From assembly GCA_965248935.1 (NCBI GenBank), contig OZ252214.1, forward strand, positions 2,097,874 through 2,161,873: DNA of 64,000 bases. The letters run 5' to 3'. This document shows positions 20,495 through 30,994 of this stretch, in pieces (within the stretch, counting starts at the first letter, position 1; every line of letters begins with the position of its first letter). The notes below the pieces were generated by a model that saw nothing but the letters and a program-made list of their open reading frames with translations, had not been told where the DNA came from and did not search any database. The DNA is from Cellvibrionaceae bacterium (GTDB lineage: Bacteria; Pseudomonadota; Gammaproteobacteria; Pseudomonadales; Cellvibrionaceae). The translations under genes and the position numbers were made by a program.

Positions 20495-22213
20495 ATGAAT
20501 AGGTGTCGAAGCATGAAAGAGGAATTAACTCGTCGAGAAATATTAACTCGAATCGCAGCTCTAGGCGGAGCGGTGCCCCTGACGAAAGCTATGAGTGTGC
20601 TTGGTTTAATGCAAGCTGCCGACTTTGCCTACGCAAAAAAAACCAAAGACCCCAAAACCAACCCCAAACTTGGTAGAGGAAAAAAAGTCGCCATTATCGG
20701 TGCGGGCCTTTCGGGGCTTACCGCAGCCTATGAGCTTTCCCAATTGGGTTTTGAATGCCGTATTTTTGAAGCCGATAACCGCGCTAAAGGCCGAACCTTT
20801 ACTGTACGCCCAGACGGATCATCAGATAGCTGGTATCAAGAATTAGGACGGCAACCAGAAGTGTGTAATTTTGACGAGGTAGACGGTGTTGGTAGCCTGT
20901 ATTTTGAAGCTGGGGCCGGTCGAATCCCCTCTCACCACCGCACCGTATTAAACTATTGCAAAAAATTTGGCGTGAAACTGGAAAGCTTTATATTTGCCTC
21001 TAGAGCCAATTTAGTACGCAGCGATAATTTTAATAAAGGCAAACCCGTTCAGCTTCGCCGATTTAAACATAACCTTCGCGGATACCTAGCGGAAATGTTT
21101 CGCACAGTAGACCCAACACTGCTCGATGCCAAACTTACCGGTAAGGAGCAAGCCACCCTACTGGACGAGTTGAGCCAATCCTTCGGTGACTTAAATGAAC
21201 AAGGGGTGTATGGAGACAACCTAAGCCGTGCAGGTTATCGCCCACCCGGACCCGGCGCGGGCCACCAGTCTGGAGAGTACTGGAAACCCTTCGCATTTGC
21301 AGATTTGCTGCAAGCCAAAGATATTTGGGAAAAACAACTTTTTAATGATATGCGTTATTACTGGCAAACCAGTTTAATGCAACCTGTTGGCGGCATCGAC
21401 AATATAGCCGCTGCATTTATGCGGCAACCCACCCCTTCCGGTAAACGGGTTGGAAATTTAATATCCTTAAGCCGAAAGATTACCTCCATAAAACTTAACG
21501 ATAAACGCAACAAGGTTATTCTCCAAAGCCAACACGTAGACCAACTGGGCAATCATTTAGCGAAAGAGAGAGAAACATTTGAAGCCGACTATTGTATTTC
21601 CACTATTGCCCCGTCACTGTTAGCAAAAATAAATAACGATTTTTCAAGTGATTTTAAAAACGCGCTTAACAATGGGGTAAGCAATGTTTCCGCGTGTAAG
21701 GTTGCCTGGCAGGCTGAACGATTTTGGGAATCGGACAAGTATCAAATTTATGGTGGTATTAGCTGGACCTCCGATACTATTAGCCAAATTTGGTATCCGT
21801 CCACAGGTTTTCACAACCAGCGGGGTATTTTAACCGGCGCCTATTTGCGTGCAGGCGATGCAACAAAATTTGGCACTCACAGCCACAATAAACGGGTAAA
21901 AATTGCCTGGAAGCAAGGAGCAAAACTCCACGAAGAATTAAAACCGACAGCCAAAAATAGCAAAGGTCAACCCTATAATAATATTGATAAAGCCATGACG
22001 ATTGCCTGGCAAAATATGCCCTTTCAGGATGCCGGTTGGTATGACTGCACAGCAAAAGAGCACAAACCCTATTACAATACCATGCTCAAGGGGCAGAAGG
22101 GTCGATTCTTTATGGCTGGCGATGCGATGAGCTATATGCCTGGGTGGATGGAGGGTGCAATAACCGCAGGTTTAATGGCAAAAGATAATATTGTTAAAAA
22201 AGTGAAAGCGTAA
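20495..22213 (+). CDS. Tat-exported FAD-dependent amine oxidase (flavin monoamine oxidase / L-amino-acid oxidase family). ATG 20513 (MKEELTRREIL) is an alternative start.
   Basis: Twin-arginine motif TRREILTRIAALGGA. Dinucleotide-binding VAIIGAGLSGLTAAYEL...RIFEA. 572 aa. Confidence 0.75.
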   Translation: MNRCRSMKEELTRREILTRIAALGGAVPLTKAMSVLGLMQAADFAYAKKTKDPKTNPKLGRGKKVAIIGAGLSGLTAAYELSQLGFECRIFEADNRAKGRTFTVRPDGSSDSWYQELGRQPEVCNFDEVDGVGSLYFEAGAGRIPSHHRTVLNYCKKFGVKLESFIFASRANLVRSDNFNKGKPVQLRRFKHNLRGYLAEMFRTVDPTLLDAKLTGKEQATLLDELSQSFGDLNEQGVYGDNLSRAGYRPPGPGAGHQSGEYWKPFAFADLLQAKDIWEKQLFNDMRYYWQTSLMQPVGGIDNIAAAFMRQPTPSGKRVGNLISLSRKITSIKLNDKRNKVILQSQHVDQLGNHLAKERETFEADYCISTIAPSLLAKINNDFSSDFKNALNNGVSNVSACKVAWQAERFWESDKYQIYGGISWTSDTISQIWYPSTGFHNQRGILTGAYLRAGDATKFGTHSHNKRVKIAWKQGAKLHEELKPTAKNSKGQPYNNIDKAMTIAWQNMPFQDAGWYDCTAKEHKPYYNTMLKGQKGRFFMAGDAMSYMPGWMEGAITAGLMAKDNIVKKVKA

Positions 22214-22297
22214 ATTCATGCTTTTTTAAGTGCTAATCGTTAAGCCAGGGCCTGTTAACAGGCCCTAATACATTTTACAATTAAATATACTTTGCAA

Positions 22298-23842
22298 TTA
22301 AACAAACTCTATTGGGGGTAAATCTCCTTCATCGTCATCATCAGTATTTTTGATATTGGGTTGCTTAATACTGGACGGCTCAATAGCCTCTTGACTCTTC
22401 GCTGTTAATGCCTGATCGGCTATAGTTTGCCCTGTTAGATTTTCTGACGAAAAGGCCGCCGCACCCTTTGCCTTGGGTTCTTTCTCGGTGGATACAACCT
22501 TTTGCCTCTTCGGCAATTTTTTAACCAGTTTTCGACACTGCTCAGCCTTTTCACCCATATTAGGTAGATCATCTAAAGCCTCTGCCATAAGTTCGTAAGC
22601 ATCACCTAGATGCTCGAACCGAGGGAATTGCTTATGTAAGCCATTAATAAGTTTAATGGTCGATTTAGAATCTCCATTTTCTTTACAGGTTTGCGCAAGG
22701 GTAAACCTTAATTCTGGAGTATTAGGAATATAATCAGGGCAAACTCGCACTATCTGTTTGTATGCTAAATTGAGTTGATCCGTTCGGTTTGAACAAATAA
22801 GATAATCAAGGTAGGCAGACGCAAATTTTTTAAGATGGTTAGCGCTTCTTATTGCTATTAAAAAATCAAAATATTTTGGAATAAATTCCTTTTGTTTTGG
22901 AAAGTGAGTGAAAGCTGTTTTGTACAAACCCAATACCTCACTATACTCCCCCTCTTTAAGTTTAATATCAATGTTAACCATTAGCCTTTCATAAGGTGCG
23001 CGCTTCGTTTCATGTGTATTTTCCACAACCCGAGCAGTGTAGCCAAAAAGTGTCTGATACTGGAATATCATGTAACCCATTAAATGAAAAATAACAACCA
23101 TATAGTAGTTAGAGACTATGGATTGCAAAACTAAAGACAGAAATGAATAGTCGTTAGCAATGACCTCACTAATTAACCCAATAGAGGCCATCATAATCAT
23201 CAAGAATGCCAAAAGTAAACCATAGGGTAAGCCTACTGTTGAAATAAGTCTTATGGTATTTATTGGGTTTAGTGCTTCTACTACATTAGCACTCAATGCG
23301 AAACGAATTAGCATTGCCGGCAACCCTATAATAATCATAAAAGCCAGAAGCCCGGCAACTGTATGACCAAACAGATTATCGGCCCCTACAATTACAGCCC
23401 CCAAAATTCCCATCATCATTATAAGTTGCAAAATCAGCGTTAAACCACCTTCGTAGGCAGTCGTAATACTTGGGGCTATCATCTCCCCTTCAGAGGTTTT
23501 CTCCAAACAACGAAAACAATATTTCAGTAAAACACCCACTAAAATAAGATACCAAAAAAAAGTAAAGGGTACGTATGACAATACTGTAGTGAGGAATGAA
23601 ACACCAATAATCAAAACCAATGCCCCGGTTTTTAAAGGGTAACGAAAACTCTCTTGCAACCGGCGCCAAAAAGGTTCGACATTATTTGCCGTACCTAAAA
23701 ATTCGACCTCTTTTCGACAAACAAAACATTTTTCTGCTGTTTTCTTTTCCCCTTCATCGGTACAGTTATCACAACAATCGGTTTCACAATTGCCGCAATG
23801 GTAAGTAGCAGGTACAAGCGGATGATATTTGCAGTAATCCAT
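22298..23842 (-). CDS. Polytopic membrane protein with an N-terminal Cys-rich zinc-ribbon and a C-terminal alpha-helical (TPR-like) domain.
   Basis: YHCGNCETDCCDNCTD...CFVCRK, about 8 hydrophobic segments, then a soluble helical C-terminus. The start overlaps the rhomboid gene stop by 1 nt. Confidence 0.55.
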   Translation of the reverse strand: MDYCKYHPLVPATYHCGNCETDCCDNCTDEGEKKTAEKCFVCRKEVEFLGTANNVEPFWRRLQESFRYPLKTGALVLIIGVSFLTTVLSYVPFTFFWYLILVGVLLKYCFRCLEKTSEGEMIAPSITTAYEGGLTLILQLIMMMGILGAVIVGADNLFGHTVAGLLAFMIIIGLPAMLIRFALSANVVEALNPINTIRLISTVGLPYGLLLAFLMIMMASIGLISEVIANDYSFLSLVLQSIVSNYYMVVIFHLMGYMIFQYQTLFGYTARVVENTHETKRAPYERLMVNIDIKLKEGEYSEVLGLYKTAFTHFPKQKEFIPKYFDFLIAIRSANHLKKFASAYLDYLICSNRTDQLNLAYKQIVRVCPDYIPNTPELRFTLAQTCKENGDSKSTIKLINGLHKQFPRFEHLGDAYELMAEALDDLPNMGEKAEQCRKLVKKLPKRQKVVSTEKEPKAKGAAAFSSENLTGQTIADQALTAKSQEAIEPSSIKQPNIKNTDDDDEGDLPPIEFV

Positions 23843-25272
23843 TACACTGTCCTCACGGTTAGTTTTTGGGCTAGCTGAGCGTATTCCTGTTGTTTATTCT
23901 CATTGCCTAGGTTGCCATGTAAGATCGACAGTTTATTTGCCAAAAGGCCAAGAGAAGTATTTTGATTATTTTTCTTATAGGCTTGAGCAAATATTTTTTC
24001 AGAAGTATCGATATTGGGTAACGCTGTTAACTTCATACCTAGCTGAGCGAGGCTTTCATCTTCCATAATTTGAACAATACCTGGGTTTTCTGACCAAACT
24101 GATTCAATTTTAGCCAGTTCGTGGGGCATTAAATTATTAATGTTTAGCAATTCAATAATACTCTGCTTATATTCGTTGCCTTTTTTCAGTTTTAATAGGT
24201 TATAGCGGATAATCGCTAGCTCAAATATTAGGCCCTGCTCTTTTACCAGCTCACCTAGGACAGTATAAGCCGATTCAAATCGACAGGATTCAATACAAGC
24301 ATACACTTTTGCTAGCTTTTCTCGGTAAGGATTATAGTCCTGGTCTTCATCAATGTATTCTTGGTTGCGTGCTTTGGGGTCAAGAAAAGTCGAAATAAGC
24401 ATAAGCAGACTACCGGCGATAATACCCCCGGCATGAGCCATAAACGCCACATTAGAGTTGGGTTCACTAACATAACTGTATATTTCCTTGCCTAAATAGA
24501 ATGGCAAAATAAGCAGGGCTGGGGCACGAAAATACCCAACAAATATAAATAACCAGTAAAAAAATTCAATTTTTTTAAGCCTAAAGACTCCGAGGTACAT
24601 AGCCATTACACCGGAAATAGCTCCCGAAGCTCCAATGAGAGACACTGAGCTATTCATATCAAAAAGCATATGAAATACGCCGCCCGCTATTCCGCTCAAC
24701 AAATAAAATAAGAAAAAACGCAAATGACCTATTGCGGCTTCCACAGCAAAGCCACAGATAACAAGAAAAAACAGGTTGCCGACAAGATGCATTAACCCAC
24801 CATGCAAAAATTGGTGGGTAATTAAGGTTATGGGTTCCAAATTATTGGGTACAACACCCAAGGCAGCAGCGCTTGTTGATTGAATTAAATCGTCTATTTC
24901 CTTTCTATCTTCTTGCCAGTTTCTTTTACCGATAAGATTCAGTTGGTCTTTTTTATTTTCTAATAAATAATCATAAAAACCGTCTTTAAATAAAAACTCT
25001 AGTCCAAGTTCTTCATACAATTCGTCTTTATAGAGATACTCATATTCTTGCAACAACTCACCTTCTTCCCTGGAAACCAAATACTCTTTAAAGAACGGCC
25101 ATTCCTTTTTAACAAGTTCGTACTTATTGTAAAGTTCTATGGCTTCTTCGTACTTCTTAGTATCACCGGATTGATATAACAAAAATACCAATATATTGGT
25201 TATTACTATAAAGAAGAGAACAATGGGAGCGTGTTTCCAATCAAAACGCTTTTCGGTGGGTACAATAATCAT
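23842..25272 (-). CDS. Rhomboid-family intramembrane serine protease with a C-terminal TPR-like extension.
   Basis: HQFLHGGLMHLVGN, the catalytic GASGAISGVMAMY (GxSG) and the AHAGGIIAG His motif. 476 aa. Confidence 0.8.
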   Translation of the reverse strand: MIIVPTEKRFDWKHAPIVLFFIVITNILVFLLYQSGDTKKYEEAIELYNKYELVKKEWPFFKEYLVSREEGELLQEYEYLYKDELYEELGLEFLFKDGFYDYLLENKKDQLNLIGKRNWQEDRKEIDDLIQSTSAAALGVVPNNLEPITLITHQFLHGGLMHLVGNLFFLVICGFAVEAAIGHLRFFLFYLLSGIAGGVFHMLFDMNSSVSLIGASGAISGVMAMYLGVFRLKKIEFFYWLFIFVGYFRAPALLILPFYLGKEIYSYVSEPNSNVAFMAHAGGIIAGSLLMLISTFLDPKARNQEYIDEDQDYNPYREKLAKVYACIESCRFESAYTVLGELVKEQGLIFELAIIRYNLLKLKKGNEYKQSIIELLNINNLMPHELAKIESVWSENPGIVQIMEDESLAQLGMKLTALPNIDTSEKIFAQAYKKNNQNTSLGLLANKLSILHGNLGNENKQQEYAQLAQKLTVRTV

Positions 25273-25544
25273 TTCCGTTTTTCCTACGGCAAAGGACAGA
25301 TGTTCTTATTAATCTTAGCAATAATTTACCACTTCAGAATGGCGCTGCCTATCTAACTAGACCATTTTTCAAGCAAATAAGATGTATTTTTAGGGGGAAT
25401 GGCGGCCAAAATTCCTTTGGTGAGTGGACTCAGGTGCCAAGCGCTTTGCGCCCAGACATTAAAACATACGTTTAATTTCGCTAAATTTTTAGTTTCTAAT
25501 GTACCGCCGTACCGTTTTATCATCATTCGTCCTTGTATTACAGT

Positions 25545-28500
25545 TTATTTAATAGGCTTATGCTGAGTCACTTTCACATCAGTTTCTATGCTCTTTAATT
25601 TCTCAAAGACATCTTCTAATTTTTTGTGAGTACGTAAATCAATATTGAGCTTACCTTCCATTGCTCTCACAAGTGGGAAGATGGATGTTTCCAGAGTATC
25701 AGCGATAGTTTTTAATAACAGGTCTATCCCTGGCACAGGTTGGTTGACCACTTCCACTTGGTATTTAGCACCCGCTAAGGTTTTACTAATGGAATCCAGA
25801 GAGCCCAATAAAAGTTTTAGCTGCTCGCCATATTGGCTCCCCTGCTTAAGGGTGCGATTAATCACGGCAAGCTGTCTGGCTGTCATATCTTTAGCGTCTT
25901 TTTCTCCTAAGTTATTCGCACTATCAATAATTGCAGTGGAGATATTTTCCATATGACTGGTAAGTTCAGCTAATTGATTGGCAACCTTGGTACCCGAATC
26001 TGCATTTGCTCCACCCATGATACGATTTTTATTGAATTCTTTTTTGATATTTTCCCAGCGGACACTTTCTTCTTTCGTCAAAACGCCTCGGAGTTCTTTG
26101 AGTTTAAGCAGGTTCTCTTCTGCGCCGGTAGTTAATAATTGTGCTTCGCCAAGGTAATGGTCATTAATAACTTGCTGTAGCTCCTCTTCATTCATCACCG
26201 CAGAAACTTTTTCTGCCATTTTGTTCATATTGCGGTAACTACCTTGCAACTTAAATGAAGGTTCAGTTCGATAAATATCATCCTGTGCAGCAGACGCAAT
26301 ATATTGCTGGTTTACACTCAGTATCACGTCTCGAATTTTAAATAATTTTTGTAGCACGGACGTTATTTCATTCACTTCCGCAGCAGAGTAGTTGTGGGAT
26401 AAATCCGTAGTAGCTACCTCTAGCCCACGCGCTTTGTCCACAAGCTTATACACATCCGACATTTCCCGTGTCGCCATTGGGGCTAAAATAGGGTTGGATG
26501 TCAGTGTATTTTCCAGATAGCTCAATGCGAATACGTCATCCATTCCGCCCAATACGTCACCCAGGTTATAAATATCCGCACGGTTCGCCAGCATATCTGG
26601 GATTTTGAACATCTCACCGGATTCGGTGTAAGGGTTACCGGCCATAATCACGCAGAATTTACGGCCACGCATATCGTAAGTTTTTGTCTCACCTTTCCAT
26701 ATTCCCTCAATACGACGAGTACCATCACATAGCGAAATAAATTTTTGCAGAAATTCGGGGTTTGTATGTTGAATATCATCGAGATAGAGCATCACATTGC
26801 TGCCCATTTCTAAACCTAAATTTAGCTTTTCCAGTTCCTGCTTTGCGGTCGCATTGGGTGCTTGCTCAGGGTCCAGCGAATCCACTTCATGGCCTAGTGA
26901 TGGGCAGTTGATTTTCATAAAAATCAAACCCAATCGGCTGGCAACGTATTCCATTAATGTTGTTTTACCGTAACCAGGCGGCGAGATCATCATCAACAGC
27001 CCCATAAGATCCGTTCGCTTTTTGTCACCGAGGGTACCCATTTGCTTAGCGAGGTTGTCACCAATAATAGGGAGGTATGATTCGTTAATTAATTTATTTC
27101 GTACAAACGAACTTAAGGGTTTAGGCTTAAATTCATCCAGGCGAACAGACTTACGCTGCTCGTCTATCACTTGCTGACGAACATCGAGAAAATTAAAATA
27201 TTCAGGTATCAATACTTGCTGATGGTGTTTGAGTCTTGCTAAAAATTCATCGACAGCAATATCCAATTGTTGATTTTTTAATCGGCTATGTTGCCCCATT
27301 AAACCATTAACAGTAAAGTTTAGGTCTACCTCAGTATGACGGCGGCTTATTCGCTCCTCTGCATTCACAATAGCAATAGCTTCCGGTATATAGTGCGATA
27401 GCAATTCGTGATTGGAATTGTCCACCAATGCCTTGATCCAGGCGTGCGTCAATTGCCAGCGCTTCCCTGCCTGACCTTTAAGTTCCTTCAAGGCTGTTTG
27501 AAAGCCACGCCAAGCACCGGCAACATCCATTTCTTGCTTAAGCTTTTTCGCAAGATCACTCGCATATTTACTGGTGATAAATTCCAGTCGCTCTCTACTC
27601 AATTCGTAAACTAAATATTCCGCCGCGAGTAAATTTATTGCGGTACTGATTTCTACATTCAGGTCTTGAAGCTGAACATATTCCACTAATGCTTTATCTA
27701 CATCGCCAATAAGAAGTTTAAGTGCATCGGAACTAGCAAATGTTTTGTACATTTGGAGTGCAGACTGCGCTCTCACCGTCCATGTTTGTTGCTCCGATTC
27801 GCGTTGTGTATTTGCCCAGAAAATAGTCGCTAATGCGCGTGCATCTGGCGCAAACCTTAATAAATCACAACTTTCTAAGATAGGGAGTAGGGATTGTAGA
27901 ATAACGGCTGCGTCGTGATCGTGAATGCCTTTTTCGTAGCCTTCCTTGTACTTGGGCGTTGCATAAGCACGAATAACTTTTACTAGAGCTTCTTTTTGAG
28001 GGAGAAGTTCGCTTAGTTTTTCAATACTAAGATCGTTCTCTTTCGCCAACGCATCTTGGTAAATGCTATAAGCGAGGTATTCCGCACGATATACTTGATC
28101 ATTTTCTGAAGGGAGGCTCTGCTCCCAGTACTTTGCCAATTCCGTGAGCTTAGGGTGAGTCGCGGTTTCAAAAAAATCCGTTCCCGTTAAATGAAAACAC
28201 AATTTACCATTTCTAGGAATAATAGTAAGGTCCAGCTCTTGGGTATTCACACTGAACTTATGGCGTGGCCCCATTTTAATAACGTTGCCGCCATCTTCAT
28301 AAATATCCGCTTTATCGCGTAACGCTCGAACGGCTTGGTCCTTCGCCGCTTTTAAACGTGCATCAATATCGTCCGCTTTTACAGAGCTATCAAGATTGTG
28401 AAGGTTCTGAACCAACTCTCTACTTTTTAAAACCAACGAATCAGACGCGAAGTAGGTATTGAGTTCATCCACCGAGCTGAACTTCTTGATTCGACGGTTT

Positions 28501-30875
28501 ATATTTTCAATTATGCGTTCCGCTGCGTCTGCAATAGACTGAGCGCGACGTTGTTGTTCGTCTAACAATTGCTGCTTACGATTTTCGAAACTTTCGTAAA
28601 CTTCTTCTCGTTTGGCTACAATGTCGTTAAAAAAGTCGTCAAAGCCACTAAACTGACTTTCTAGCTCTTCCAGTTGTACCAATAAACGAGACATGTGCTC
28701 GTCGCATTTTGCCGGAGTGGAAGCCAAGCTTAGTGCATTGGATATACTCTGAGAGAACAACTTAAATTGAGCCGCAAACTGGGCAACCGCTTCACCCTGT
28801 CCTAGTTGTTTCTCTCTATTTTTCGCTTTAGCTCGTGTTTGGTTAAGCTTTGCGTAAACATCGGATATCGCGTCAATAATGGCCGTTCGTACAGTCGCAT
28901 CCGCCACTTGAAGCGTTGTCATCATTTCAGACAGTAGATCCAAGCCGCCAGCCAGTTTTTCTATCGCCTCTAGAGTAGGAGTAAGTTCGACTATTGTTGC
29001 CGCCGTCTCAATAACTTTTTCCAGTTCAATAAGTTCTTCTGAATAGGGTGCAAGCGCTGTATCTCTCGATAGAAATAATACTGTTTCTTTACCAAGCTTT
29101 TCTTGAGCTTCATTAATTTGTTCTTCGAGGATAGCAATTTTGTTTACATCTATATAACGATATTCCTTCAACGTCATTAAATGACCAAACTGATGCCTTA
29201 AACCATCCAACGCTTCAACGAACTCGCCCGGTGTTTGCCATCTATCAGGATGTATGGAGTCCAGTAATTTCTGCTGTTCCTTTTCTGTTTCTCTTAAAGC
29301 CTCTACTGAGTTCTTTCGAATACTTTCAACTTTTTCAAATTCGTCAAGAATAAGATCCGATGTATCAATTATTTCTTTTAAATCGTCATTAATACTTTGC
29401 GTTTCTGTTGATTCGATCCAGTGATAGGCATCATAAATTCTGCGCGTCGATTTTTGTAAGTCTTCATATAAATACGCAGACGGACTTTGATCATTGATCG
29501 CTCGACAAATACTATAGAGGTCAGAAATACCCCGAACTAATTCCGCATTGCCTATTTTTCCAAAAAAGGACTGGCTGCTAGGTGCGGCGGCGGCAAACTC
29601 TTCCGAGACGTACGGAGTCTGCCACACTTGCATAGGATGTACACGGGTAGGGTCTTCGCCTTCAGCATGGAATATAACCGATTCCCCATCGTCAAAAATG
29701 GTGTAACCGTGGCAATAAATTGGGTTTTGAAGTTGCTTAGTAATTAAGTTATAGGCGAATAGAGCAAAAATACCCTCTTTTTGTTCATAGAAAACATAGA
29801 GTACATCCTCTCCATTTGGAGACTTGATACATCGTTTGAAACGAAGACCTTTTAGGTCATCATCAAACCGCTTTTGTTCACCATTTTGTAAATAGTAACC
29901 ACCGGGAAATATTAATCCATGATTTTCAGGTAATTGTATGCACGATTCCCCTATTGCATCAATTCGATCAACCTGTTGATTGGTTGAATTAAATATAAGG
30001 TAGCGGTATTTTTCTTCTCTATAGGGTTTTATTTTTAATAAAACTAATTCACCCACTTCGGCGAAAAATATATCAGCGTCATCCAACGATTGGGTCTTAT
30101 CTTCAACAGTCTCGCTGTAAATGCCTCGTCCATCTTCAGTATTGTCTTCAACTTTAATGGTTAAATCACCATTTACGGTCTCAACAAAGACTTTATCCTG
30201 AATATTAAAATGTGGATGTTTACCATGCACACTGTATTCACGAGTTACCTCTCGCCATTCAAAATCATATTTGGGAGGCAACGCAATATCACGCTCGCCT
30301 CGGTTATCCATATAGGTAACCGATGTTTGGTCCGCAGAAATACTCCAACGAAATACACGTATATCAGAAACCTTCTCCCCTATTTGAAAAGCCGCCAGAA
30401 GTTTCTGATTTTTTACAACAATTTGAACTAGGCTTGCGTGTTTATAATAAGCGTATAATTCACCGAACTCTTTGCTAAATTGTGGGTCGGCTAAAAAGCT
30501 ATCCGTCATTGACTGAGGCGTCATTTCGAAATTATCGCCATTTTTCTCTAACGTATAGAGGGCGAAAACATCTTCGATTTTGGTTTCTTTTTTTAGGCCG
30601 AGAAAAACATTGTAGCCAAATACAAGCTGACGACCAACCTGAACAATATCACGCGCGGTACAGTTATTTTCTGTACGAACTCGGACACGTCCAACAACCG
30701 ACATATCTGTACTGCCAAATTCATCCGTCCGCGCTTGATTTAAGGTGCGCGCATTCACTTCTAAGCTTTTCCCTTGTTCCACCAAGCGCTTACGTATTAA
30801 TTCGTAAGCTCCACCTTCCGCAACCGCTTGGTTTATAGTACTCGCATTATTTTCATCAACGTTTTTATCAGCCAC
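25545..30875 (-). CDS. Giant (1776 aa) multidomain protein with a beta-rich N-terminal region, long coiled-coil/helical middle and one AAA+ ATPase domain of the AAA_5 (MoxR/McrB/dynein-like) type, encoded at about 26450-27010.
   Basis: Walker A MISPPGYGKTTL, Walker B VMLYLDDIQHTNPEFLQKFISLCD (compare DEINRAxPEVLNxLLxLLE) and a sensor-like CVIMAGNPY (compare ATMNP). It is co-directional with and 119 bp downstream of the flotillin gene. Confidence 0.7.
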   Translation of the reverse strand: MADKNVDENNASTINQAVAEGGAYELIRKRLVEQGKSLEVNARTLNQARTDEFGSTDMSVVGRVRVRTENNCTARDIVQVGRQLVFGYNVFLGLKKETKIEDVFALYTLEKNGDNFEMTPQSMTDSFLADPQFSKEFGELYAYYKHASLVQIVVKNQKLLAAFQIGEKVSDIRVFRWSISADQTSVTYMDNRGERDIALPPKYDFEWREVTREYSVHGKHPHFNIQDKVFVETVNGDLTIKVEDNTEDGRGIYSETVEDKTQSLDDADIFFAEVGELVLLKIKPYREEKYRYLIFNSTNQQVDRIDAIGESCIQLPENHGLIFPGGYYLQNGEQKRFDDDLKGLRFKRCIKSPNGEDVLYVFYEQKEGIFALFAYNLITKQLQNPIYCHGYTIFDDGESVIFHAEGEDPTRVHPMQVWQTPYVSEEFAAAAPSSQSFFGKIGNAELVRGISDLYSICRAINDQSPSAYLYEDLQKSTRRIYDAYHWIESTETQSINDDLKEIIDTSDLILDEFEKVESIRKNSVEALRETEKEQQKLLDSIHPDRWQTPGEFVEALDGLRHQFGHLMTLKEYRYIDVNKIAILEEQINEAQEKLGKETVLFLSRDTALAPYSEELIELEKVIETAATIVELTPTLEAIEKLAGGLDLLSEMMTTLQVADATVRTAIIDAISDVYAKLNQTRAKAKNREKQLGQGEAVAQFAAQFKLFSQSISNALSLASTPAKCDEHMSRLLVQLEELESQFSGFDDFFNDIVAKREEVYESFENRKQQLLDEQQRRAQSIADAAERIIENINRRIKKFSSVDELNTYFASDSLVLKSRELVQNLHNLDSSVKADDIDARLKAAKDQAVRALRDKADIYEDGGNVIKMGPRHKFSVNTQELDLTIIPRNGKLCFHLTGTDFFETATHPKLTELAKYWEQSLPSENDQVYRAEYLAYSIYQDALAKENDLSIEKLSELLPQKEALVKVIRAYATPKYKEGYEKGIHDHDAAVILQSLLPILESCDLLRFAPDARALATIFWANTQRESEQQTWTVRAQSALQMYKTFASSDALKLLIGDVDKALVEYVQLQDLNVEISTAINLLAAEYLVYELSRERLEFITSKYASDLAKKLKQEMDVAGAWRGFQTALKELKGQAGKRWQLTHAWIKALVDNSNHELLSHYIPEAIAIVNAEERISRRHTEVDLNFTVNGLMGQHSRLKNQQLDIAVDEFLARLKHHQQVLIPEYFNFLDVRQQVIDEQRKSVRLDEFKPKPLSSFVRNKLINESYLPIIGDNLAKQMGTLGDKKRTDLMGLLMMISPPGYGKTTLMEYVASRLGLIFMKINCPSLGHEVDSLDPEQAPNATAKQELEKLNLGLEMGSNVMLYLDDIQHTNPEFLQKFISLCDGTRRIEGIWKGETKTYDMRGRKFCVIMAGNPYTESGEMFKIPDMLANRADIYNLGDVLGGMDDVFALSYLENTLTSNPILAPMATREMSDVYKLVDKARGLEVATTDLSHNYSAAEVNEITSVLQKLFKIRDVILSVNQQYIASAAQDDIYRTEPSFKLQGSYRNMNKMAEKVSAVMNEEELQQVINDHYLGEAQLLTTGAEENLLKLKELRGVLTKEESVRWENIKKEFNKNRIMGGANADSGTKVANQLAELTSHMENISTAIIDSANNLGEKDAKDMTARQLAVINRTLKQGSQYGEQLKLLLGSLDSISKTLAGAKYQVEVVNQPVPGIDLLLKTIADTLETSIFPLVRAMEGKLNIDLRTHKKLEDVFEKLKSIETDVKVTQHKPIK

Positions 30876-30994
30876 GTAGAAACCTTCCTGTTGTTTGGCA
30901 CTTATGGCACTAGATATATGCCATAGAAATCAAAGAGTGAGAAGTTGAGTTAACAAGCCGTGAGACTGCCACGGCTTGTTTATTTTACACAGTT

